Shown here: positions 45,931 to 56,435 of the stretch, in pieces | Layout of the letters: each line of letters starts with the position of its first letter | Position numbering within the stretch: the first letter of the stretch is position 1 | The notes under the pieces: model-generated | Database searches by the model: none | What the model saw: only the letters and a program-made list of their open reading frames with translations | What the model was told of the DNA's origin: nothing | DNA from: an uncultured SAR86 cluster bacterium | GTDB taxonomy: Bacteria > Pseudomonadota > Gammaproteobacteria > Magnimaribacterales > AG-339-G14 | Length of the DNA stretch: 64,000 bases | NCBI GenBank assembly: GCA_902525435.1 | Contig: CABZHD010000004.1 | Coordinates: 29,133 to 93,132 of the forward strand | Reading direction: 5' to 3' | Translations under genes and position numbers: made by a program

Positions 45931-47364
45931 CTACACAAATAACTGAAAAGAATTTGGAAATAAATAATTCAAAGCTAATAGGAGCAAGCCACAGATTATA
46001 TTTAAGAAAATACCCGCTCTAACCATGCGGTTTATCGGAATATAACCCGATGCGTAAACAATAGAATTTGGAGGAGTTGCTACCGGAAGCATGAATGCAC
46101 AACTAGCAGCGATAGTAAGAGGAACTATGAGCAGCATGGGATTGACCCCAATGTTTATACCAATCCCTGCAATGATGGGAATGAATGTAATGGTTGTTGT
46201 TAAATTACTGGTCAATTCTGTTAATGCGATGACCATTGTGATTACGATGAACAATACCAAAATCAGGCTGGCTTCGTTTGGCACTAAGTTAGCAAGCCAA
46301 ATGGCTAGGCCACTATCATTGACGACATAAGCAAGAGTCATTCCGCCACCAAATAAAAAAATTAAACCCCAAGGAAATTTATTTTGGATATCTTCCCAGT
46401 CCAGTAAGCACTTTTGATTTGAAGTCAAAAAGAAAAGACTCAAACCACCCATCATCGATATAACCGCATCCTCTAGTAAAAATAGAAAAGGAAGGTCATC
46501 AATTATTTTTCGAAACACCCATCCCAAAGCAGTAAACAAAAATACAAGAGAAACTATCTTTTCCTCTCGGCTCATAACACCTAATTCTTCTTTAATTTCA
46601 AAAAGAATTTTTTCAGCACTGCCGGTATCAGAAAAATTAATTGGAAATAGGAATTTTGTTAGAACCAACCAAATGATTGGTAAAGAGATAATTGAAAAAG
46701 GTGCTGCAATTGAAAACCAATCTATAAAACCTATATCTAAATTATAGTTTTCAAATGCATATTGAATTAAAACACCGTTGGGTGCTGTTCCAATAGGTGT
46801 AGTTATTCCACCTAAAGATGAAGAATATGCAATTCCCAGAAGTAAGCAGACTTGAAAATTTAGTTTCTGATCTTCGGATAAATTTTTGATGGAATCATTG
46901 ATTGCTTGAATGATAGAGATACCGATAGGAAGAAGCATAATGGTTGTAGAGGTATTCATAATCCACATGCTCAAAATAAAACTCGCTATCATGAAGCCTG
47001 CAATTAATCTCTCACTTTTGAATCCAGTAATAGATAAAACAATCAAAGCTATTCGCTTGTGTAAATTCCATTTTTGCATGGCAATAGCAATCATGAATCC
47101 TCCAGCAAACAAAAATTGAACTTTATTCATATACTCTTTTGAAAGGACTCCAATTTCTTCTACACCTAAAAGAGGGAAGGCGATAATGGGGATAAGCGCT
47201 GTTGCAGGAAGGGGTAATGCTTCTGTTGCCCACCAAATACCCATCAAAATAAAAACAGCTGCAGTTATCTGACCTCTTTGAGATAAATCATCCGGATTAA
47301 AAAAGATTAAGATTGTTATAAATAAAAGAATCCCCGACCAAAATCCTATTTTTTTTGAATCCAT
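45931..47364 (-). CDS. SLC13/DASS-family anion (sulfate/di-tricarboxylate):Na+ symporter
   Basis: 477 aa, multi-TM, with N-terminal ...AAVFILMGIWWATEALPLPATALIPI... and C-terminal ...ASCAFMLPVATPPNSIVYASG..., the two hairpin-loop SNT/PPN-type motifs of DASS transporters. Confidence 0.85.
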   Translation of the reverse strand: MDSKKIGFWSGILLFITILIFFNPDDLSQRGQITAAVFILMGIWWATEALPLPATALIPIIAFPLLGVEEIGVLSKEYMNKVQFLFAGGFMIAIAMQKWNLHKRIALIVLSITGFKSERLIAGFMIASFILSMWIMNTSTTIMLLPIGISIIQAINDSIKNLSEDQKLNFQVCLLLGIAYSSSLGGITTPIGTAPNGVLIQYAFENYNLDIGFIDWFSIAAPFSIISLPIIWLVLTKFLFPINFSDTGSAEKILFEIKEELGVMSREEKIVSLVFLFTALGWVFRKIIDDLPFLFLLEDAVISMMGGLSLFFLTSNQKCLLDWEDIQNKFPWGLIFLFGGGMTLAYVVNDSGLAIWLANLVPNEASLILVLFIVITMVIALTELTSNLTTTITFIPIIAGIGINIGVNPMLLIVPLTIAASCAFMLPVATPPNSIVYASGYIPINRMVRAGIFLNIICGLLLLALNYLFPNSFQLFV

Positions 47365-47368
47365 TTAT

Positions 47369-48115
47369 TTAATGAGTAATCTTTAAATTTGAGAAGGTTT
47401 TCGAAATATCATCATGAATTAAAACATCTGCAAAATGATCGAATTGCGTTTTTTCATTGTTGACAATCAATAGCTTGGCGTCATTTTCTTTTGCGATTAA
47501 AGGAAAATTTGCTGCAGGAAAAACCGACAAGGATGATCCAGCAACAATAAAAACATCAGCTTTTAATGTTTCTTCATGTGCAATAATCATTTTATCTTCA
47601 GGCATTGGCTGCCCAAAAGATATCGTTGCTGTTTTTATCCATCCGTTACAAGAATCACATTTAGGTGGCTTATTGGTAGATTTAAACTCTTCATGAATGA
47701 AAGAAAGTTCAAATCTTTTTTTGCAATCCAAGCAAACTGCAAAAGTTGCATTACCATGAAGTTCTGTGACAGATGCATCATCGAGCCCAGATTTTTGATG
47801 AAGATTATCTACGTTTTGTGTAATGCAATGCCCAGCTTTTTTTAAATTAATTATCTCAGAGATTATTGTATGCCCCTCATTGGGAATTTTTTCTTGAAAA
47901 TTTGACTTAAATTCCACGCTTTGGGTCCAATATTTCATTCTCATTGATTCTTGACTCATAAAATCCTGAAACATAATGGGAGTATTTGTTTTCCAAAAAC
48001 CTTTTGGTCCCCGAAAATCTGGTATTCCTGAATTAGTACTTATACCTGCGCCAGTAAAAAAAACTGGATAATTTGAGTGTAGAATGTGATCAGTAAATTG
48101 CTCAATTGCAGTCAT
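47369..48115 (-). CDS. Sir2-family NAD-dependent protein deacylase (sirtuin)
   Basis: 248 aa with FFTGAGISTNSGIPDFRGP, QNVDNLH, catalytic ELHG, Zn ribbon CLDC...CDSC, and GSSLSVFPA. Confidence 0.9.
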   Translation of the reverse strand: MTAIEQFTDHILHSNYPVFFTGAGISTNSGIPDFRGPKGFWKTNTPIMFQDFMSQESMRMKYWTQSVEFKSNFQEKIPNEGHTIISEIINLKKAGHCITQNVDNLHQKSGLDDASVTELHGNATFAVCLDCKKRFELSFIHEEFKSTNKPPKCDSCNGWIKTATISFGQPMPEDKMIIAHEETLKADVFIVAGSSLSVFPAANFPLIAKENDAKLLIVNNEKTQFDHFADVLIHDDISKTFSNLKITH

Positions 48116-48146
48116 CCTATAATTATAACTGAGCTGATCAACCTAC

Positions 48147-49019
48147 ATGGCAAAATATGTTTTATCTTTAGACGGTGGAGGAGTTAGAGGGCTAGCAACT
48201 TCTGTATATTTATTTGAGCTAGAAAAGCGATTAAAGAAACCTCTCTCGTCTAAGTTTGATTTAGTTGTTGGAACATCAACGGGCGGAATAATTGCCCTGG
48301 TAATTTCAGTTTTGGAAATTGAAGGCCCCAGACTTTTAGAAATCTATTCAGAGGCAAACTTAAAAAAAATATTTTCACGATCCTTTTCAAGTTTCTTTAG
48401 AACCAAATACAGCGGCGATAGAAAGATGGAAGTACTTCATGAGTATTTTGGAAATTTGAAAATGTTTAATGCAGATTTACCTTGTTCAATTCTTGCACAT
48501 AATTTAGATACAAGATTTCCAACAATCTTCTCTGAGAGAGAACATCCGGATTTGTTTGTTGCTGATATTGCGGCTGCTACATCTGCAGCGCCAACATATT
48601 TTCCCGCAGTCGAAATTGAATCAAATTGGTATGTTGATGGTGCGGTTTCAACTAATAATCCTGCCTTAATAGCTTATTCTGAAGGAAAAAAATTATTTCC
48701 AGGAGAAGAAATAAAAGTCTTTAGTGTTGGTACTGGGTTTAATAATAATTTCGTTGAGGGTTCTAAAACAAAATATTGGGGATCTCTATCTTGGCTGAGA
48801 GGAGGAATCATTCCAATGCTTTTAGAATCAAATCTCGAACATCAATTAGCTCAGGAAATTATTGGTCAAAATTATTTTCGAGTTGACTCTAATCTGAATG
48901 AAGTTGCCTCTAAAATAGATATCAAAACAATGAGTAATTTGGAATTAATGAGAGAAATGGGTCTTAAATGGTGGGATAAATTTGAAAACTCTTCTCTGAA
49001 ATTTTTAGATGAAACTTAA
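48147..49019 (+). CDS. patatin-like phospholipase
   Basis: 290 aa with LSLDGGGVRG (oxyanion hole), GTSTGG (Ser nucleophile) and YVDGAVSTNNP (Asp of the dyad). Confidence 0.9.
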   Translation: MAKYVLSLDGGGVRGLATSVYLFELEKRLKKPLSSKFDLVVGTSTGGIIALVISVLEIEGPRLLEIYSEANLKKIFSRSFSSFFRTKYSGDRKMEVLHEYFGNLKMFNADLPCSILAHNLDTRFPTIFSEREHPDLFVADIAAATSAAPTYFPAVEIESNWYVDGAVSTNNPALIAYSEGKKLFPGEEIKVFSVGTGFNNNFVEGSKTKYWGSLSWLRGGIIPMLLESNLEHQLAQEIIGQNYFRVDSNLNEVASKIDIKTMSNLELMREMGLKWWDKFENSSLKFLDET

Positions 49020-50013
49020 AAATAATAAAATTGGAATTTTAGGATCTGGCTCTTGGGGAACAGTTCTCGCTGATATCGCAGCAAATAATGGATATGAAGT
49101 GTCAATCTGGTCACGTAATTCAAGCATCATTAATGAAATAAATAAAAATCATACAAATAAAAAATATTCTGGTAACAAGAAATTACATAAAAATATAAAT
49201 GCTACTTCAAATCAAAAAGAGGTATTGAATCTAAGCCATGTAATAGTTTGCATACCGTCATCATCTGTAAGGAGTTTTTTCAGAAAAAATAAAAAACACA
49301 TAGTGCCAGAGACTTCCTTTCTAATAGCCTCAAAAGGTCTGGAAAAGAAAACTTTTTACACAATGAGTGAAATTCTCAAGGAAGAACTCACGATGGAATC
49401 AAACATAAGTGTTTTATCTGGCCCTAATTTAGCCTCCGAAATCATCGAGGGCATGGCAGCAGCTTGTGTGATCGCTGCTAAAAACAAAAAAACAGGGAAA
49501 GATTTTTTAAACATTTTTGATAGCCAAAGTTTTAAAGTTTTTCTGAACAATGATGTTAAAGGTGTTGAACTTGCTGGGGCTCTAAAAAATATTTATGCAA
49601 TCGTTTCTGGATTATCCGATGGATTAGGAAACAAAAAAAATACAAAAGCAATGATTTTGACAAGAAGTCTGGTAGAAATGTCTCACCTTTTTGAGGCTTT
49701 GAAATTAAAAAAATTAACTTTATTAGGTTTAGCTGGAGTCGGCGATCTCTTTGCCACCGCCAGTTCAGAAAAAAGTAGAAATTATTCTTTCGGTTATCTT
49801 TTGGGTAAAGGAAAAACGCGAGACGAGGCAAAAAAAATAATAAATCAGGTTATTGAGGGAGAAAAAACTTTAAAAATAGTCTATGAAAAAGTTACTGCCC
49901 TAGAATTAGATATGCCAATAGTGGAAAAACTATACAATATCGTCTTTAAAAAAGGCTCAGTAAAAGAATCTTTTGATAAAATGGTTATTGAGTCTAATGG
50001 AAGAGATTTATAA
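49009..50013 (+). CDS. gpsA: NAD(P)H-dependent glycerol-3-phosphate dehydrogenase
   Basis: 334 aa with IGILGSGSWGTVLA, SKGLE, GALKNIYAI, and GDL..T.....SRN. 11-nt overlap with the patatin gene. Confidence 0.92.
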   Translation: MKLKNNKIGILGSGSWGTVLADIAANNGYEVSIWSRNSSIINEINKNHTNKKYSGNKKLHKNINATSNQKEVLNLSHVIVCIPSSSVRSFFRKNKKHIVPETSFLIASKGLEKKTFYTMSEILKEELTMESNISVLSGPNLASEIIEGMAAACVIAAKNKKTGKDFLNIFDSQSFKVFLNNDVKGVELAGALKNIYAIVSGLSDGLGNKKNTKAMILTRSLVEMSHLFEALKLKKLTLLGLAGVGDLFATASSEKSRNYSFGYLLGKGKTRDEAKKIINQVIEGEKTLKIVYEKVTALELDMPIVEKLYNIVFKKGSVKESFDKMVIESNGRDL

Positions 50014-50361
50014 ATGAGTGAAGAAGATAAAAAAATACAAGAAGAAAACAAGGAAGTAGAAACAACTCAGGAGTCAGTTTCTGATGAAGCAATGTCAAAT
50101 ATTAAAGACAGTTCTACTTGGATAGATGCTCTTCTCGTCATTGTTTATTTGATAGTTATATCCTATTCAATATTCTTGTTGTGGATGATTGCTTTTGCAC
50201 AGTTTATTTTTAAACTGATAACAAAAAAACCAAATAAAAATTTAGGCGATCTAACCAATGTATTTCAAAAATTCATTAACCAAATTATCGATTTTGTGAC
50301 TTTTGAAACAGAAGAAAGACCGTATCCTTTTAATTCTTTAAAAAATTCAGAAGATGATTGA
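50014..50361 (+). CDS. small membrane protein (possibly DUF4389-like), unknown function
   Basis: 115 aa with an acidic N-terminus, two hydrophobic helices and a C-terminal ...[10 protein letters not shown] motif. It starts directly after the gpsA stop. Confidence 0.45.
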   Translation: MSEEDKKIQEENKEVETTQESVSDEAMSNIKDSSTWIDALLVIVYLIVISYSIFLLWMIAFAQFIFKLITKKPNKNLGDLTNVFQKFINQIIDFVTFETEERPYPFNSLKNSEDD

Positions 50362-51037
50362 TCTTTACACAACCTCCACACCAAACGGGCATAAGGTTTC
50401 ATGCACCCTTGAAGCTTTAAATCTTGAATACACTTCTCATGCGATAAACCTGCAAAAAGGAGAGCAAAAAACCAAAGAATTCTTAGCGATGAATCCAAAT
50501 GGCAGAATACCCGTTATTGTCGATAGAGCTAACAATGATTTAGCAATATTTGAATCAGGAGCAATCATGATTTATTTGGCTGAGAAAACAGGAAAATTGC
50601 TTCCAAAAGACGCTCATCAAAAATCTGTAGCCATTCAATGGTTAATGTTCCAGATGGGAGGGATCGGCCCGATGATGGGGCAGGCAAATGTATTTTTTAG
50701 ATATTTCCCAGAAAAAATACAACCCGCAATCGATAGATACCAAAATGAGAGCAGAAGGCTTTTTGAAGTTTTAAACACTCGCTTAGAAGGTAGAGATTGG
50801 TTAGCTGATGAATTCTCGATAGCTGATATAGCAAATTGGTGCTGGGTCAGGACGCATCGTTGGTCAGGAGTTTCAACCGATGACTTAGATAATCTAAAAG
50901 GCTGGATTGATAGATGTTATGAACAACCAGGAATGCTCAAAGGCTTGGAAGTGCCAGAAAAGGTTGAAAACCTATTGAAAGATAAAAAAGCTGCAGAGGA
51001 GTTTGCAAAAGGCGGAGGATCAATAGTTCAGAAATAA
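50354..51037 (+). CDS. glutathione S-transferase, Nu-class (YfcG/YghU-like)
   Basis: 227 aa with [45 protein letters not shown] and [13 protein letters not shown]. Confidence 0.88.
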   Translation: MIDLYTTSTPNGHKVSCTLEALNLEYTSHAINLQKGEQKTKEFLAMNPNGRIPVIVDRANNDLAIFESGAIMIYLAEKTGKLLPKDAHQKSVAIQWLMFQMGGIGPMMGQANVFFRYFPEKIQPAIDRYQNESRRLFEVLNTRLEGRDWLADEFSIADIANWCWVRTHRWSGVSTDDLDNLKGWIDRCYEQPGMLKGLEVPEKVENLLKDKKAAEEFAKGGGSIVQK

Positions 51038-51108
51038 CCTTATTCCTGTTATTAACTTTGCTATATTGTAAAATTACATCTAGAGTTAGCACCTCAAACT
51101 TATAAGTT

Positions 51109-51714
51109 ATGAAAAAAGTAACAAAACTAAAAACACCTGTTCCTTCCATGGAAGAGGCTAAAGATGCCGTCAGAACCTTAATTGCCTGGGCAGGAGATGA
51201 TCCTGATAGGGAAGGTTTAATTGAAACTCCTGATCGAGTTGCAAGAGCTTACCAAGAATTTTTTGCAGGTTATCATGACGATCCTGAAGAAATATTATCG
51301 AAAACTTTTGAAGAAGTTGAAGGTTACGATGAAATGGTTATCGTCAGGAACATAAGGCTTGAATCTCACTGCGAACATCACATGGTACCAATATTGGGTA
51401 TAGCTCATATAGGTTATATTCCAAATAATAGAGTCGTAGGAATAAGTAAATTGGCAAGAATTGTTGATGTTTTTGGTAAAAGATTACAAACACAAGAAAC
51501 TATGACGGCTCAAATCGCCGACACTATAAGCAAAGTTTTAAAACCAAAAGGTGTTGCCGTGGTTGTGGATGCTGCTCACCAATGCATGACTACCAGGGGT
51601 ATTCATAAGTCAGAAACAAGTACCGTGACCAGTAAAATGACTGGAGTATTTCAAAAAAATATTCATACTCGAAATGAATTTATGGCTTTGATTCATTCTG
51701 GTAACAATCAATAA
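51109..51714 (+). CDS. folE: GTP cyclohydrolase I (type 1)
   Basis: 201 aa with REGLIETPDRVARAY, SHCEHHMVP, RLQTQE and HQCMTTRG. Confidence 0.95.
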   Translation: MKKVTKLKTPVPSMEEAKDAVRTLIAWAGDDPDREGLIETPDRVARAYQEFFAGYHDDPEEILSKTFEEVEGYDEMVIVRNIRLESHCEHHMVPILGIAHIGYIPNNRVVGISKLARIVDVFGKRLQTQETMTAQIADTISKVLKPKGVAVVVDAAHQCMTTRGIHKSETSTVTSKMTGVFQKNIHTRNEFMALIHSGNNQ

Positions 51715-51715
51715 T

Positions 51716-52282
51716 TTGGCCACTGCATTTATTCTTGCTTCCGAATCTGAAATTAGGAAAAGAATTCTTTTTGAAGCTGGTTTTAAATTTGATACACATA
51801 AACCTCTTGTAGATGAAGACAAGCTAAAATCACAATATCGCAGTCTCGCACCAATAGATTTATCTTTGATGCTTGCCAAAGAAAAAGCTTTAAGCGTTAG
51901 TAAAATATTTCCTGACAAATATGTAATTGGTGGAGATCAAATTTGTCTTCTTGGTTCAGAGATCTTTAGCAAGCCCCTAACTGCAAGCAAAGCGATAGAA
52001 AATCTTCGAAAACTCTCTGGTAGAGAACATTTCCAAATAAGCGGTCTTGCAATTGCAATCAATAACAAGGTTGTTCATGAAAAACATTTCAAGGCTACAT
52101 TGAAAATGAGAGATCTTTCGCTAGAAGAAATTCAAGAATACGTTGAAAAGGACGACCCCTTAATGTCCAGTGGATCTTATAAATACGAATCACTTGGGAA
52201 AAATTTATTTGAATATATAAAAGGGGATCCTTATGTGATTCAAGGGCTGCCCCTAGAAGCCATAAAGAATTTTTTTAAATAA
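51716..52282 (+). CDS. maf: Maf-family nucleoside triphosphate pyrophosphatase
   Basis: 188 aa with FILASESEIRKRIL, IGGDQ, GSYKYES and IQGLP. The TTG start is 1 nt after the folE stop. Confidence 0.85.
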   Translation: MATAFILASESEIRKRILFEAGFKFDTHKPLVDEDKLKSQYRSLAPIDLSLMLAKEKALSVSKIFPDKYVIGGDQICLLGSEIFSKPLTASKAIENLRKLSGREHFQISGLAIAINNKVVHEKHFKATLKMRDLSLEEIQEYVEKDDPLMSSGSYKYESLGKNLFEYIKGDPYVIQGLPLEAIKNFFK

Positions 52283-52302
52283 TTTGTTAAGGTTTATTTC
52301 TT

Positions 52303-53172
52303 ATGAAAAATTTCAAAGATAAGGTTGCCGTTATAACAGGTGCTGGCTCAGGAATGGGGCAGGCACTGGCCCTTCAACTTGCTTCAGAAGGATGCAATAT
52401 AGCCTTGGTTGAATGGAAAGAAGAACTTTTGAATGAAACTAGAGAGTTACTAAAAAAACATAATGTTGGGGTATCCTCTCATTTGTTGGATGTTAGCGAT
52501 AAAGAAGCTGTAGATAATCTTCCCAATGAAGTCATAGAGCATCACGGTCAAGTTGATATAGTTTTTAATAATGCAGGCTTATCTGTTGCGGCTACGGTAG
52601 AAGAAAGTACTGATGAAGATTGGGATTTTGGGCTAGGAATTTTGTTACACGGTGTCATCAATTCAACAAGAGCCTTTCTACCGCACCTAAAAAAAAGGTC
52701 TGAATCCGCTATCGTAAATACCTCATCCATATTTGGTCTTTTAAGCGTGCCATCTCAATCTATTTATCACGTAGGAAAATTTGGCGTAAGAGCTTTTACC
52801 GAGAGCCTTGCTCTGGAAATGCAGTTAAATAAAGAAACAGTAGAAGTCTATTCAGTTCACCCAGGGCATATTGGCACCAACATATTCTCTGCTTCAAGAT
52901 TTAAAAATTTTGAGCCTGGAACAACTATGTTTGGTAAAGCAAATACTCCTGAAGAAGCAGGCAAAATTTTTAAAGAGAACGCCCCAACAAGTGCTAAGAG
53001 CGCTGCAAATATAATTTTAAAAAACATAAGAAAGAAAAATAAGAGAATTTTGGTGGGTGTTGATGCCCATGCTTACGATCTATTACAAAGAATTTTTCCA
53101 AAATGGTACATCTATTTTCTTCCGTTAGTCTCAATCATCAGGAATTTGTTTCCTAAAGATAAAATTAATTAA
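52303..53172 (+). CDS. short-chain dehydrogenase/reductase
   Basis: 289 aa with VAVITGAGSGMG, NNAG and YHVGKFGVRAFTESL (Y-x3-K). Confidence 0.88.
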   Translation: MKNFKDKVAVITGAGSGMGQALALQLASEGCNIALVEWKEELLNETRELLKKHNVGVSSHLLDVSDKEAVDNLPNEVIEHHGQVDIVFNNAGLSVAATVEESTDEDWDFGLGILLHGVINSTRAFLPHLKKRSESAIVNTSSIFGLLSVPSQSIYHVGKFGVRAFTESLALEMQLNKETVEVYSVHPGHIGTNIFSASRFKNFEPGTTMFGKANTPEEAGKIFKENAPTSAKSAANIILKNIRKKNKRILVGVDAHAYDLLQRIFPKWYIYFLPLVSIIRNLFPKDKIN

Positions 53173-54826
53173 ATTTGATAGGGTGGGTAAAACCTTTAAG
53201 CTGAATTCCTTTATCAGATATTTCGATGTCATCGAGACCCTCTAATACCTCTTCATTGAATCGATAAATAACTTTGTATTCTCCTTTTCGACAATCATTT
53301 TGAAACTTTTCTGACGTTTCTAATACTTTTTCTTTCTTCTCCGCATATTTTTTTAAATCTGAAGCTGAAAATTCTTTTCTAGCTAAATCCATTCCTTTGG
53401 TTGGAGAGATAATTCCCGCTGATGCATTGTTTCCGCCAAATCCTTTTGCATTGAGATATATAGAATCAATTGAATCTTTATCTAGTTCTTTATTTTCTAA
53501 AATAAAATCTAAGTTATCTTTATAGACATCTTCTGCTAAAACCTCGGTGGTATTGATTCCAGGAACGTATCCATGCTTCCAAAATCCTATTGCAGTCATA
53601 AGTTCATCGCCGGCAGCTGGACCCATAGTGTGACCAAGAAGCCCTTTTAAACCAGTAATTTTCCAATCTTTGAGATTCATTCCATTTGCTACTGAACTGA
53701 GAACATGAGATTCCGTACTCCTATTTTGAAAAGTGCCTGTGCCGTGAGCTATGACAAAACTTCTATTCAAATTATCAGAAAAATTTTTTGATTCATTTAC
53801 AGCAGATGCCATGGTGATGTAGTTACCAATACCTGGAGACGAAATGGATTTTTTTATTCCATCAGCGTTTATTTTAATAGAAGGCACTAAGGCATATATT
53901 TCAAGTCCCAATTCAATTGCTTTTTCAAGACTGGAGACAAGAACAAACTGCGCTGCTTCTCCCAATATGAGTCCTGCATTATCCCCAAACGGTCTGCACG
54001 CTCTTGTGTAGTCGATGTCAGCTTGATCATTGTTTCTTTCTTGCATTGCAAGAATCTTCTTATCGTCCGCAATCCCTGTGGTAGCGACAAACCCATCCGT
54101 AACCTCAGCAGTAATGGGGGCTTCAGCAGATCCAGCAATCCCTATATCTAAACGATTTTCCTTAATCCCATTCACTAAGAGATCGAGATTATATAAAAAA
54201 GTGGCACAAGCTCCTGCATTAGCCCCGGTAACACCAACCGAACCGAGAATATATGCATTGATGAAGTCGGCAGACATTTCTAACAAAGACATAGATAAAT
54301 GTTTAGAGCTAGCTCTTTTTCCTTTAAGTCTTGATTGCATTAATCCGCCCATCCCAAGAAAATCTAATTGTCCTATGGCAGGGCCTGAAAAAACTCCAAC
54401 CCTTGATGGATCTACAAAAGGTTTGATATCGACATCCCAATCTATCCCTGAGTAACCTAAAGCATCAGATACACCAAATATTGTTGTTTCTAAACCAACG
54501 GGATGTTGTCGTGATTTATAAAAGCTTCCTGATTTAAAGCCTGTGGGATACTGACCGGCAGCATTGACGTTCATCGTCTCAGTCATCAAACCTTCTGAGT
54601 CATATTTTTCCTTATCAATTTTTCTTACTAAGGTTTGATTCTTAAAATTCTCTTTGTTTGTTTCGTTATTTGTAATGTTGCTGAGGTCTTTGACAACTTC
54701 GTTTTTCATATCTTCAGACAGAAGATCGAAAACGAGCCTTTTATAAGCAAGATCTGAAGAAGATCTACCTGCAGAATTAATACCCCCGTATCCACATATC
54801 ACCGGCAATCTTCTTATTGAGTTCAT
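53165..54826 (-). CDS. fabY: FabY-class beta-ketoacyl-ACP synthase (KAS I/II fold, fatty-acid synthesis initiator type)
   Basis: 553 aa with N-terminal RRLPVICGYGGINSAGRSS and the block GGLMQSRLKGKRASSKHL...DFINAYILGSVGVTGANAGACATFLYNL...GSAEAPI. These closely track what I recall of P. aeruginosa FabY (PA5174). The Cys-His-His triad is present (GACAT, HGTGT, GHTMG). Confidence 0.75.
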   Translation of the reverse strand: MNSIRRLPVICGYGGINSAGRSSSDLAYKRLVFDLLSEDMKNEVVKDLSNITNNETNKENFKNQTLVRKIDKEKYDSEGLMTETMNVNAAGQYPTGFKSGSFYKSRQHPVGLETTIFGVSDALGYSGIDWDVDIKPFVDPSRVGVFSGPAIGQLDFLGMGGLMQSRLKGKRASSKHLSMSLLEMSADFINAYILGSVGVTGANAGACATFLYNLDLLVNGIKENRLDIGIAGSAEAPITAEVTDGFVATTGIADDKKILAMQERNNDQADIDYTRACRPFGDNAGLILGEAAQFVLVSSLEKAIELGLEIYALVPSIKINADGIKKSISSPGIGNYITMASAVNESKNFSDNLNRSFVIAHGTGTFQNRSTESHVLSSVANGMNLKDWKITGLKGLLGHTMGPAAGDELMTAIGFWKHGYVPGINTTEVLAEDVYKDNLDFILENKELDKDSIDSIYLNAKGFGGNNASAGIISPTKGMDLARKEFSASDLKKYAEKKEKVLETSEKFQNDCRKGEYKVIYRFNEEVLEGLDDIEISDKGIQLKGFTHPIKFN

Positions 54827-54881
54827 AATATGATATTTTTTATTTCGGAGGAGTTATTTTACTTTAAAAATACAAAAGATT

Positions 54882-56435
54882 ATGCACCCAGGTATTAATG
54901 GCCCAAAACTAAAAGATAAACCAGCAATTATCATGGCTGGCAGCGGAGATGTAATCACTCACCAACAATTAAATGAGTTATCTAATCAAGGAGCTCAATT
55001 GTTTAGGTCTCTGGGATTAAAGCCTGGCGATAGCATGGCTTTTATGATGGAGAATCATAAATTGTTCTTTCCAATTGCCTTTGCTGCTTGGAGAAGCGGA
55101 CTTAAGTACACGGCAATCAGCTGGAGACTACAAGCAAACGAAGTTGAATATATTGTTAAAGATTGCGGTGCAAAAGTTTTCATTACGTCAAAATTTCTAG
55201 AGGAATCAGCTAAAGATTTAGCAAGCTCGCTTGAAGGCGTTCATAAATTTATGCTTGATGGCGAATCAGGAGATTTCAAATCCTTTGAAGATGCAATTAA
55301 ATCAATGCCAGTTGAGCCCATAGAGGATGAATGCCAAGGAGCAGCAATGTTATATTCTTCAGGCACTACCGGAAAGCCAAAAGGCGTAAGCAGAGAGATA
55401 AATTTAAGTCCTTTGCCTTATGATTCTGCCGATGACGATCTTGGATTAACTAGAGTTGTGCAGGGCCTTTATTCAGCAGATGAAGAATCAATTTATTTAT
55501 CGCCGGCTCCTTTATATCATTCCGCCCCAATGGGCTTTAATACCGGATTTTTAGCTCTAGGTGCTACAAGTATTATTTTAGAAAAATTTGATCCCGAGGC
55601 AGCCCTAGAAGCTATTGAGAAATATAAAGTCACTCATAGTCAATGGGTTCCGACCATGTTTATCAGATTTCTAAAAAGCGATCCTGAGATTATGGATAAG
55701 TATGATTTATCCACTCATAAAATTGCTATTCATGCAGCTGCACCTTGTCCTGTTGAGGTCAAAGAAAAAATGATTGATTGGTGGGGTCCTATCATCCATG
55801 AATATTATGCAGGAACTGAATTTAATGGCTTTGTTGCATGTAATTCTGAGCAATGGCTCGCTCACAAAGGAACGGTTGGTCAGTCTTTATTGGGTCCGGT
55901 ACACATTTTGGATGACGACCAAAATGAGGTTCCCACTGGTGAAGAAGGAACTATATATTTTGAAGGGCCCACATCCACCGGTTTTTCTTATCATAATGAT
56001 GAGGAAAAAACTAAAGGGGCTACATCAAAACAAGGATACACAACTTTAGGAGACGTTGGTTATCTAGATGAAGAGGGTTATCTGTATTTAACTGACAGGA
56101 AGGCATTTATGATAATTTCCGGTGGAGTGAATATTTATCCCAAGGAAACGGAAGATACTTTGATCATGCATCCAAAAGTTGCTGATGTTGCTGTGTTTGG
56201 AGTACCAAATGAAGAAATGGGAGAGGAAGTAAAGGCTGTAGTTCAGCCAAAAGATATGAGTTTGGCAGGCGATGATCTGGAACAGGAATTGATGGCTTAT
56301 TGTCGAGAAAACATTTCCCATGTCAAATGCCCAAAGAGTATTGATTTTCGTGAAGAACTGCCTCGTCACCCAACTGGAAAACTTTATAAAAGGCTTTTGA
56401 AAGACGAATACTGGGGTAAAGGAAAGGCTATTTAA
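54882..56435 (+). CDS. AMP-dependent acyl-CoA synthetase/ligase
   Basis: 517 aa with [34 protein letters not shown] and PTGKLYKR. Confidence 0.92.
   Translation: MHPGINGPKLKDKPAIIMAGSGDVITHQQLNELSNQGAQLFRSLGLKPGDSMAFMMENHKLFFPIAFAAWRSGLKYTAISWRLQANEVEYIVKDCGAKVFITSKFLEESAKDLASSLEGVHKFMLDGESGDFKSFEDAIKSMPVEPIEDECQGAAMLYSSGTTGKPKGVSREINLSPLPYDSADDDLGLTRVVQGLYSADEESIYLSPAPLYHSAPMGFNTGFLALGATSIILEKFDPEAALEAIEKYKVTHSQWVPTMFIRFLKSDPEIMDKYDLSTHKIAIHAAAPCPVEVKEKMIDWWGPIIHEYYAGTEFNGFVACNSEQWLAHKGTVGQSLLGPVHILDDDQNEVPTGEEGTIYFEGPTSTGFSYHNDEEKTKGATSKQGYTTLGDVGYLDEEGYLYLTDRKAFMIISGGVNIYPKETEDTLIMHPKVADVAVFGVPNEEMGEEVKAVVQPKDMSLAGDDLEQELMAYCRENISHVKCPKSIDFREELPRHPTGKLYKRLLKDEYWGKGKAI

Noticed and set aside
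47369-49019. A divergent Sir2 + patatin gene pair, considered as a possible anti-phage defence module because both domains are common defence effectors.
   Set aside because: The Sir2 protein is a complete canonical sirtuin (GAGIS, QNVDNLH, catalytic His, Cys4 Zn ribbon, 248 aa) with no sensor or extra domain. The patatin gene overlaps and is co-oriented with housekeeping gpsA. No cyclase, HerA, pAgo, TIR or other partner genes are present. The composition is not atypical.
54030-54455. Nested and antisense ORFs in the track: the 141-aa ORF inside fabY, plus 679..927, 4148..4348, 9558..9770, 26083..26355, 40683..40967, 46091..46330, 49556..49831, 56088..56369, 60447..60734 and similar.
   Set aside because: Each lies wholly within a longer ORF with clear family motifs on the other strand or frame. 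They have no recognisable motifs, and their composition is typical of out-of-frame translation. I treat them as non-coding.
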